Of a stretch of DNA of 64,000 nucleotides, positions 54,970-64,000 are shown in pieces. The stretch is from the sequence record PZ000613.1; one strand, written 5' to 3'. Source of the stretch: a phage. Each line of letters opens with the position of its first letter. Position 1 is the first letter of the stretch. The notes beneath the pieces were generated by a model, which did not search any database, was not told where the DNA came from, and saw only the letters and a list, made by a program, of their open reading frames with translations. Made by a program: the position numbers and the translations under genes.

Positions 54970-55185
54970 ATGGAATACATTGATAAATACTCAAGTGAAG
55001 ATTCAACAAACGCTGAAGTTTTATTTATACTAAAAACAGACTGTCTTGAACATGGTCAACTTATCAATTTCATTGAGTTGGCAAAACTTAAAGAAGAGAT
55101 AGATCAACTGTATAGCGATGAGCAGTCTCGTTTGTTGTCACTGTCCCTTCTCGGAGATCTTACCTGTGATGGATGTACTATCTAA
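54970..55185 (+). CDS. hypothetical protein (71 aa)
   Basis: RBS AGGAG. Confidence 0.4.
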   Translation: MEYIDKYSSEDSTNAEVLFILKTDCLEHGQLINFIELAKLKEEIDQLYSDEQSRLLSLSLLGDLTCDGCTI

Positions 55186-55345
55186 CTCTGAGAAAAAGAA
55201 GATCTCAGTATTTAAAGAACCTGTAGTTTATAAAGACTCTATCAGAGATCAATATAATGAGATGTTAAAGAAACAAGCTGATTCTAATCTTCGTTATCAG
55301 AGGATATTAGAACAAACTAACTTTAAAGGTTTACTTGAATGGTAA
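55169..55345 (+). CDS. hypothetical small protein (58 aa; start uncertain)
   Basis: ORF overlapping the previous gene end. Confidence 0.3.
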   Translation: MDVLSNSEKKKISVFKEPVVYKDSIRDQYNEMLKKQADSNLRYQRILEQTNFKGLLEW

Positions 55346-55761
55346 CTTATATCCTTTACTTTTTAGCTTTCTTAGGAATAATCTTTTTATCTATTATTCT
55401 TGAATTTGGTTTAAGTAAGTTAGTTAATTATTTAGGTAATAAGTAATTAATATTCTTTTAAATAGAGAATCAAAGTCCCTAGGAGTCCCTACAACCTAAA
55501 TCAAGGATTCCTTAATTCTCTATTTTTATCTCGCAGGTGGCTCCTGCCCTTCGGTACTTGCAAGGGATTCTGTGAATTGCCCAATATACAAGCCTGCAAT
55601 AACTTTATCAGCTATACAATATATACATTACTAGTGTGTTATATCTACTACCAAAGATACTTATATTATATAGTACTCTTATCGGTATAAGCGTAATGTA
55701 TACTATACATAACCGCTCAAAGAGAGCAACAATCTTTCAAATTAAATAAGGAAATTAAAAT

Positions 55762-56508
55762 ATGTCTATGATTCCAACTATCGCAACTGCTTCCCGTAAA
55801 TCCAACTACGATGTAATCCCTGATGGTGAATACGAAGCACGTATCGTTCGTGTGGTAGGTTTAGGTGTTCACAATCGTGACCCTTGGATTGACCCGAAGA
55901 CCAAAGCAGTAACTCCTAAGAATCCGGCTTTCCGTATGGATTTGGCTTTCGAGCTGATTGGTGTTGATGCTACTGGTAAAGATTCCGATGGTAAGGCATT
56001 AGAACCACGTCCTGCTTGCCAGTTCAAGAGCTATGATGTAAACCCACGAGCTAAGAACTCTGGTATTCTTGATCTTTGCAAGATGATTGACCCAAGTATT
56101 CAAGCACTGAAAGGTGATCTGTCTTGGTTCAAGGATGTTCTGTTAGGCCAGCCTGTTAACATTCTGGTTAACTCTTACACTAACAAAGCTGGTGAAGTTA
56201 AAAACTCCATCAAAACCATTTCTCCAATCCCAACCAAATATCGTGCAGCAGTTGGTGAAGCTCGTAGTCCTCTGGTATTCTTCGAACCGTATGCTGAAAC
56301 CGATGAGAACGTAGCATCCTATCAACTGATGTTCCCGTTCCAGCGCAACCTGCTTACTCAAGCTAATGACGCTAAGAACATGCCTCTGGCTGGTCGTGAA
56401 ATTACTCGTGCTTCTGAAACAGAGCAGAAAGAAGCTACTCCTTCAATCCCTACGATTGATAAAGAGCCTGCTTCTACTTACGAAGACGACAACGATAGCC
56501 CATTCTAA
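55762..56508 (+). CDS. putative single-stranded DNA-binding protein (T7 gp2.5-like, 248 aa)
   Basis: Acidic C-terminal tail ending in Phe (YEDDNDSPF); flanked by a promoter-rich leader and a strong terminator. Confidence 0.5.
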   Translation: MSMIPTIATASRKSNYDVIPDGEYEARIVRVVGLGVHNRDPWIDPKTKAVTPKNPAFRMDLAFELIGVDATGKDSDGKALEPRPACQFKSYDVNPRAKNSGILDLCKMIDPSIQALKGDLSWFKDVLLGQPVNILVNSYTNKAGEVKNSIKTISPIPTKYRAAVGEARSPLVFFEPYAETDENVASYQLMFPFQRNLLTQANDAKNMPLAGREITRASETEQKEATPSIPTIDKEPASTYEDDNDSPF

Positions 56509-56528
56509 TAACTCTCCTTGTTATAGCT

Positions 56529-56553
56529 TAGCCACCTCCGGGTGGCTTTTTTC
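56529..56553 (+). terminator. rho-independent terminator
   Basis: GCCACC-TCCG-GGTGGC hairpin followed by TTTTTT. Confidence 0.65.
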
Positions 56554-56800
56554 GTTGGAGACAACATGCAAAACACATTAAGTGATAACTTAGGGTTTAT
56601 CGTTTTCTCAGCTCTTGTATTCTTTGGTGGTATGAAGTTTAACGAGTACCAAACAGACAGCAGTAATCTGGACAAAGAGAAGCACCAGCAAGAGTTAGAG
56701 ATTGAAAGAAGTAGGGCAGCTGATGAAGTTGCTCAGAGGGTTCTTACCGGTTTATCTAACTGGAAGAAGAACACGGAAACCGTTTATAAAGAGATGCATT

Positions 56801-58084
<1,284 letters not shown>

Positions 58085-58094
<10 letters not shown>

Positions 58095-58621
58095 CCGAGT
58101 TTGAATCCAAAAAAGCAGAAGTTATTGTACTAACAGAGAAGTTAAAAGCGAAGACTAAGACAATCTCTATGTTACGTGCAATTATTGACAGTTATCGTAA
58201 ATCCATTGAAGAGGTTTCATCCGGTTCTGCTGATACAGAGATACGGTATGCAATGAGAAAATTGACAGTAAAACCACCAGTAGGTGAAGAATACCCAATC
58301 TATTCTTCTGTTCCTGTGGTTAGTTTTAAGAATATAGCTGAACAAACCAGCAAAAGAAGTCCAGCTTTAGACACTATGGTTGGGGGTGCACACTATAACC
58401 CTGAATCTAAAGTTATTCAGCCTATTGAATTTTACCATGCAAACCCACAGTTGAACTTCCAACAAACCAACATGATCAAATATGCTTATCGACACAAAGA
58501 TAAGAACAAGACTCAAGATTTGTTGAAGGTTGTTCACTATGCACTACTTGAGTGTGGGTTTGAGTATCCTGAAGAGTACGATAATTTCCGCAATGAAATA
58601 CGTAAGCTGTTAGGAGAATAA
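58085..58621 (+). CDS. conserved phage protein (DUF3310-like, 178 aa)
   Basis: C-terminal NMIKYAYRHKDKN ... DLLKVVHYALLE pattern resembling a phage domain of unknown function. Confidence 0.3.
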
Positions 58622-58622
58622 T

Positions 58623-59441
58623 ATGGAAGACGTTAAGCTCCCTGAAGTAGCTATAGTGGATGCTGACGTTCTTCGATATGAAGTGGGTGCTCTTACTCAG
58701 GAGCATCCCTTCCTTGACACAGGACGTGTTCCAGTTGATTACAATTTCATGATTGAACGACTTCAGTATAAGATTGATACGATCATAGCTAGATCGGGTT
58801 GCAGTAAAGTTGTGTTCTACTTCAGCGAAGGTGGTAATTTCCGTTTCGATGTTGCCAAGCAACAAGGTTACAAAGCAAATAGACCTCCTGGAGAAAGACC
58901 TTTCCACTGGCAAAACGTTGGTGATTACATCAAAGACAAGTACGAATACATTGATGTATTTGGAAGAGAGGCTGATGATGCGCTAGCTGAGAGACAGCGT
59001 AGGGATAAGAACACTATCATCTGTACCAGAGACAAAGATTTATTAATAACCCCCGGATGGCACTATCGTTGGGCCTGTGGAGAGAAACAAAGAGAAGTAC
59101 CTCCTCATTATGTATCTGACTTGGTATCATGGCAAAATTTCTTCTATCAAATGTTGATTGGGGATGGTACAGATAACATTCCCGGATGTGGTGAACGTAA
59201 AGAAGTTATGTGGGGCGGTAAGCTCCAGCTACGACGTCAAGGTGTCGGGAAGAAAGCAGCAGCTAGTCTGTTGGCTGGTGTTACAGATAAGTGGACCATG
59301 TATCATATAGTACGAATGGAATATTATAAGAAGTTCGATACTGAAGATGAAGAGAAGATGCTTGAGAATGCTCGGCTGCTCTTTGTTGGTCAGACTCCGG
59401 AAGACCTGTTCGACTGGACATGGTTAGATAAATCTTGGTAA
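58623..59441 (+). CDS. 5'-3' exonuclease / flap endonuclease (272 aa)
   Basis: PIN/FEN motifs: IVDADVLRY, YKANR, GREADDA, TRDKDLL, IGDGTDNIPG. Confidence 0.8.
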   Translation: MEDVKLPEVAIVDADVLRYEVGALTQEHPFLDTGRVPVDYNFMIERLQYKIDTIIARSGCSKVVFYFSEGGNFRFDVAKQQGYKANRPPGERPFHWQNVGDYIKDKYEYIDVFGREADDALAERQRRDKNTIICTRDKDLLITPGWHYRWACGEKQREVPPHYVSDLVSWQNFFYQMLIGDGTDNIPGCGERKEVMWGGKLQLRRQGVGKKAAASLLAGVTDKWTMYHIVRMEYYKKFDTEDEEKMLENARLLFVGQTPEDLFDWTWLDKSW

Positions 59442-59620
59442 TAAGGATATTGTAATGGGTAAATTTGATTATCGTTCATATGATGAAAACTCCTCCAATC
59501 GTGAATCTCGTAAAGACCAAAAGATTAAACATCAACTGTTTGATCAGCGGACTGGTCGTATTCCTCGTGAGGGCAAAGTGAGCCATCGTGTAAACAAACG
59601 AGTTTGGGAAGAAGCTGATT

Positions 59621-60022
59621 ATGGCGAAGTCTGAGAAGACTCGCTGTAGTGGAATGTGGACTGAAGCTCGTTACAACTCTTTCATCAAGTCAGGGATTCG
59701 TTCTCTGACTAGAAAGTGGAAGCCCATGTTCGATGCACTAGCAGACGCCAAGACAGAGCAGAAGATTAATCCGAAGACAGGAAGACTGGCAATGCACTTT
59801 AAGTGTGCCATGTGCGGTTCTGACCACCCTGTAAAGGATATGGCTATTGACCATATAGAACCTATAGTCCCTCTTGACCACGAAGCAACTTGGGATGAGA
59901 TCATCTCTCGTGCTCTGTGTGAGAAAGAGGGTTTTCAGGTTCTATGTAAAGACCCTTGTCATAAGATTAAAACAAAAGAAGAGAATGATGCAAGAAAACA
60001 ATTCAAAAAAGGAAATGAGTGA
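59621..60022 (+). CDS. HNH endonuclease (133 aa)
   Basis: CAMCGS ... AIDHIEPI ... LCKDPCHKIKT (HNH zinc-finger nuclease signature). Confidence 0.65.
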   Translation: MAKSEKTRCSGMWTEARYNSFIKSGIRSLTRKWKPMFDALADAKTEQKINPKTGRLAMHFKCAMCGSDHPVKDMAIDHIEPIVPLDHEATWDEIISRALCEKEGFQVLCKDPCHKIKTKEENDARKQFKKGNE

Positions 60023-60242
60023 TGATCAAAAATCTACGCAACAAGTGCTTCGCTTTCGCTATCGCAATTGGAGAGGCGAGGTTGCTGACCGGTCCGTTAT
60101 TCCACTCCGAACCTCCGTTGCTAGCTCCCGTTTTCATAACGATGGCAAACCTTGTTGGATTATGACAGCGATAGATGTAGAGAAAGATGAGATTCGAGAG
60201 TTCAAACTCTCTGACATTATTCAGTATTACAATTTAATCTAG
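60015..60242 (+). CDS. hypothetical protein (75 aa)
   Basis: ATG overlapping the HNH stop by 8 nt. Confidence 0.4.
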   Translation: MSDDQKSTQQVLRFRYRNWRGEVADRSVIPLRTSVASSRFHNDGKPCWIMTAIDVEKDEIREFKLSDIIQYYNLI

Positions 60243-60569
60243 GAACTGACATGATCACACAAGCAGATAAAAATAAACTCTTCGACTTAATCCACGATCT
60301 ATTAGAAGCTCAGAGTTTTATTGACAATGCCGATACTTGGGAGATGGAAGCAGCTGGAAAAGCTTTTGATGAAAGTGAAGAGAAACTTACTAATTTTATA
60401 AACACAATCTAGGGGGAGTTATATGAATGAAGAAGTTGTTATTCTTGGAAGTAAATCAGATTGGTTCTACGGAGGCATCTCAGGATGCTTTGAAGATGAA
60501 CATCCAGACTTCTGAAGAGAATTGGAATGTATGACGAATTTGATGGTTTTTAAAACTTAGAAACAAATA

Positions 60570-60605
60570 AAGCCCCTTCCTTTCGGTTGGGGCTTTTCTT
60601 TTATC
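60570..60605. terminator. bidirectional terminator between convergent plus and minus blocks
   Basis: AAAGCCCC-loop-GGGGCTTT hairpin flanked by A-run and TTTTCTTTT; lies between the last plus-strand gene and the stop of the minus-strand giant gene. Confidence 0.55.
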
Positions 60606-63600
60606 ACTCCTTAGGTCGAACTCTTACACGGAGTCTCGATTGACGCTTACTGCGTTCAAGCTTCTCTGACAATGAGCCACGTTTAATCTTCGGCTTCCCT
60701 TCGTCATTAAACTTCTCCAAGAACTGCAAGTACTCAGTACGATTGGTTGTCTTGTAAGAAGGAATCTTAATATCAGGGTTCTCTTCAATTACACGTCTCA
60801 TCTTCGCTACATCATCCCTACCAAGCAATTTACTCTTAGCCTGTTCAGCTGTAGAACCAAAGATCTTCTCCAGTGCTCTGGATTTGTTACCACCTGCGGA
60901 AGAAGCACCAAGTTTAGCAATGGCAGAGTAATCATCAGCACTAAACCAAGCTACTGGATTATCACCATACTTCTTCTTGTTTTCAGCAGCGGTCTGCAAT
61001 GCACGTACAAAGCGACGGTTGTTACCAGCCTTATCTGCACCATGAACCCTGTCTAAAACTTCAGCCACACTGGCTAACTCATCCAAACTCTTCCCATTCA
61101 AGAAAGCTTTCTCTGCTTTATCAGCAAAGGCTTCTTCCTGCTGTTTAATACTTTCCAAGATATCAGAACTTGCTTGAGATCTTTCATCATCAGGCAGAGC
61201 AGAACGAATCTTCTCCATCTCCATCTCTTCCTCTTGCAGTTTCTTAATATCAGAGTCAACCTTCTGAGCCTCCTCAATAGCCTTCCTAGTATCCGCATCC
61301 AAGTTATCAAGCTTACCTTCAGTATCTCCAGTAACCTTAGCAATCTCCTTCTCGATAGGAGTCATTGATTCATACTTCTTAGCGAACTTCTCAACATCAG
61401 CTTCGATACGAGAACGAGCATTCTGATGTTCAGTAGGAGTCATAGGCTTCTCAAGAAGTGCATAACGGTTATCCATATAGGAACCAGCAAACGCTTCAGC
61501 ATCCTCTCTAGATATGCCCTTATCTTCCATAGTACGCATCAGGCGGCGATGAATGTCATCACGTTGACGTTGTACTGCCATAAGGTCATTCTCACGTTCT
61601 TGGGCCGCTTTAAGCTCTTCGCTGCGCTTAACTCTCTTGTCCACATCAAACTTACGGTTCATTTCTTCCGCTTGCTCATACATCTTATTCCACTTAGCCT
61701 GACGAGCATCTTCCTCTGCATCAGTTAAACGACGCTGACGATCAAGGTAGTCTGACTCGGCGTTATGGATACGTTCAATGTAACTACGGAACTTCTCTGG
61801 AGGAACTGGAGAGTTCTTATCGTGGTGAGCAGCCAACTGTTTCAATGTACGAGATTCCTGAGCCTCACGAACAGGTTTAGGTAAACCTTCCATCATCTTC
61901 TCAATCTCACTCTTCTGAGCTGCAATAGCCTCTAGAGTTTTACGTTCATTCTCAACAGCAGCCTTAGCATCTGAACGAGCCTGAGCCTTTTTCCTGAGGG
62001 TAGCAAGACGTTCTTCACGAGCCTGTAAGTGCTTAGCAGCAGCTTCGTACTGAGAGTTCTTGTTAGCTTTGTTGAAGGCATTCACTTCTCTGTTGTAGGT
62101 GTTAATAAACCCATCCCAAATATCCTTCATCTGACCAACTTCCAAAGCCTCTTCCCTACCAGCCTTCTCTGAAGATTTAAACTTCCCATCTACAAAGTCA
62201 TTCATCAGCTTACGCATAGCATCTTTCTGAGCAGGACGTAAAGGTTCTGAATCAATCAAAGTATCAATCTCAGACTGAAGCTCTTTCTTCTGGTCAACCA
62301 GTTTAGGAGCATTCTTGTTGTCGAAAGCTTTGTTCTCTTCTAGAGCTTGTTGATACAATCTATCAAACTCATCCTCACGCTGCTTCTGATATAACCTTTC
62401 AGCACGACGTTTTAAACTATCCAAGTTAGTTACGTTCCCACCTAAACCCTTCTCTTCAGCACGTAATGCCTTAGTAGCAATGTCTTCTGGCAGACCACGT
62501 TCCTTAACCCATTCAGCAAAATTAGTTCGTACAGTGTTGTTCTTAGCAGTAGCAATACCTTGCTGAGAAGCTAGCTGGTTACGAGCCATCTCTTCATGAC
62601 GTTCAGTGTTGATAGCATTATCTTCCTGACGAATACGACGCATCAATTCCTTAGGATCACCCTTATAAGCCAAGAAGTTTTCAGCAGTAGCTTTAGCCTT
62701 AGCAGCCTTAGAGTACAGAGAACGAGCAAAACGTTCTGCACGATCTTTAGTAGCCTGACGAGCAGCACTAGACATAGCAGCTAAACGTTCTACACCACTT
62801 GCCGGTTTAACGTCCTGTACAGCTTCCTTAGGAGCTTTAGGGGCACGGGCAGGTAATGGCTCAGCTTTGACTGTTGGTTCCTCTACGGTTGGTTCTGGAG
62901 CCTGTGCGGCCTCTTCTTGAGCACGTTGCTGCTCCATTGCACGACGCTCCTCTAAAGGATTGCGAGCAGGGAGAGGTTCAGCCTGTGGAGCTTGTTCGAC
63001 CGGAGCTTCTTGAGCAGCCAATGCCTCTTCTTCAGCGCGACGCTGTTCAGCCTGACGGATAGCACGTCTTTGCGCAACTAAATCACGAGCTGTAAGAGGG
63101 GTTTCTTGAGGAGCAGAAGAAGGAGGATTTTCTTCCGTCACAGTACTAGAAGAAGGCTCCCGAACCGGTTCGGTTTCCACGTCATTTTGCGTCTTAAATT
63201 TAATGTCATCAACAACTGGTTCTTCTTCCATCTTAGCACGAGCTTCAGCAGCAGTAGACTTAGCACGAGCAACTTCCAAATCACCACGAGCAAGAGAGCG
63301 GATAGCTTCGCTGTTAGCTTCTTGTTGCTTAACACGTTGAGAACGAGCACGCTGAGAAGAGAAGCGATTCAGGGCATACTTAGCAGCACCGAGGGTGTTC
63401 ATTACTAGACTAGGTGAAGAAGCCTCACGGAAGCCATCATCAGTCAGGGAAGTCCAACCACGATCTTGGTTACTCATGAACTTAGCTGTATTGTTCAGAG
63501 TGTAAGCATCTTGAATAGGATTAAAACCTTCAGGCATACCTTTCAGTTTCTTCAACCCACCGATAGCTTTCTTCATCTCTGGAGAAACATTATCAGCCAT

Positions 63601-64000
63601 CTTCTGTAGTTCAGCAGCTTTCTCTACAAAGTTATTAAAGTCTTCACCATCACGAGCTTTGAATCGATTTGCTTCATTGTAGAAAGTCTTGTAAGCATCA
63701 ATGAAATCACGGTCAGCTTGTGTACGATTCTTAATATCAATCGGACTACCAGTAAAATCACCAGAAGCTCGGAGAGAAGTTAATTCACGATCTAGGTTAT
63801 CTAGAACATCTGTAAGAGCTTTCGTGTTATCTTTGGTGTAGTCAGCCATTGCATCCTTCATAGCAACAGCCTGCTTCTGGTTGTGCTCGTTGTCAGCGAA
63901 TGCTTTACCGCGAGTCTTAGCAGGAGAAGCTAAAGGATTGAGGCCCGGAATGTTGGAATGTTCTTTCTGAACGGAAGCAGCTTTCTCAGCACGAGCTTGG
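60604..64000 (-). CDS. giant charged coiled-coil protein, partial (over 1130 aa; N-terminus beyond window end); candidate internal virion / ejection or tape-measure-like protein
   Basis: The minus-strand frame stays open upstream of the annotated ATG (63861) to the window edge, so the 1085-aa track ORF is truncated; Ala/Glu/Lys/Arg-rich heptad-like sequence. Confidence 0.45.
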   Translation of the reverse strand, partial: QARAEKAASVQKEHSNIPGLNPLASPAKTRGKAFADNEHNQKQAVAMKDAMADYTKDNTKALTDVLDNLDRELTSLRASGDFTGSPIDIKNRTQADRDFIDAYKTFYNEANRFKARDGEDFNNFVEKAAELQKMADNVSPEMKKAIGGLKKLKGMPEGFNPIQDAYTLNNTAKFMSNQDRGWTSLTDDGFREASSPSLVMNTLGAAKYALNRFSSQRARSQRVKQQEANSEAIRSLARGDLEVARAKSTAAEARAKMEEEPVVDDIKFKTQNDVETEPVREPSSSTVTEENPPSSAPQETPLTARDLVAQRRAIRQAEQRRAEEEALAAQEAPVEQAPQAEPLPARNPLEERRAMEQQRAQEEAAQAPEPTVEEPTVKAEPLPARAPKAPKEAVQDVKPASGVERLAAMSSAARQATKDRAERFARSLYSKAAKAKATAENFLAYKGDPKELMRRIRQEDNAINTERHEEMARNQLASQQGIATAKNNTVRTNFAEWVKERGLPEDIATKALRAEEKGLGGNVTNLDSLKRRAERLYQKQREDEFDRLYQQALEENKAFDNKNAPKLVDQKKELQSEIDTLIDSEPLRPAQKDAMRKLMNDFVDGKFKSSEKAGREEALEVGQMKDIWDGFINTYNREVNAFNKANKNSQYEAAAKHLQAREERLATLRKKAQARSDAKAAVENERKTLEAIAAQKSEIEKMMEGLPKPVREAQESRTLKQLAAHHDKNSPVPPEKFRSYIERIHNAESDYLDRQRRLTDAEEDARQAKWNKMYEQAEEMNRKFDVDKRVKRSEELKAAQERENDLMAVQRQRDDIHRRLMRTMEDKGISREDAEAFAGSYMDNRYALLEKPMTPTEHQNARSRIEADVEKFAKKYESMTPIEKEIAKVTGDTEGKLDNLDADTRKAIEEAQKVDSDIKKLQEEEMEMEKIRSALPDDERSQASSDILESIKQQEEAFADKAEKAFLNGKSLDELASVAEVLDRVHGADKAGNNRRFVRALQTAAENKKKYGDNPVAWFSADDYSAIAKLGASSAGGNKSRALEKIFGSTAEQAKSKLLGRDDVAKMRRVIEENPDIKIPSYKTTNRTEYLQFLEKFNDEGKPKIKRGSLSEKLERSKRQSRLRVRVRPKE

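Noticed and set aside
44298-55704. The AATGTATA motif as a host extended -10 (TGn-TATAAT) promoter
   Set aside because: TG is directly adjacent to the TATA(C/T)T hexamer with no spacer base and no -35 element at proper distance; a phage-specific promoter is proposed instead, though host recognition cannot be excluded without experiment.

Overview
This window reads as most of a virulent tailed dsDNA phage genome; no integrase or repressor was recognised. Two minus-strand structural blocks sit at the edges (1-14635: two tail-fibre paralogs, Ig-like capsid extension, major capsid, scaffold, portal, large and small terminase; 60604-64000: a giant coiled-coil protein running off the window), so they probably join on the full genome. 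Between them, a plus-strand block (15279-60412) carries early genes, one tRNA-Arg(UCU), replication and nucleotide-metabolism genes, a phage sigma factor, overlapped spanins and a SleB-like lysin. The most interesting feature is a cassette at 29433-39008 with two GCS2-type amidoligases, a class-II glutamine amidotransferase, an ATP-grasp ligase and a gamma-glutamyl-cyclotransferase-like protein, a combination predicted to append amino-acid or peptide tags but with no known target. Other notable signals: a -1 frameshift site (G GGA AAG) fusing capsid to an Ig-like domain, an apparent AUU start on the amidotransferase, a 1.7-kb ORF-poor array of consensus sigma70 promoters, a family of at least nine small tandem paralogs, a DNA polymerase split from its proofreading exonuclease, and several recurring intergenic motifs. 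All calls come from reading the sequence and ORF track by eye; no database search or folding was run. Coordinates of hand-adjusted starts may be off by a codon.
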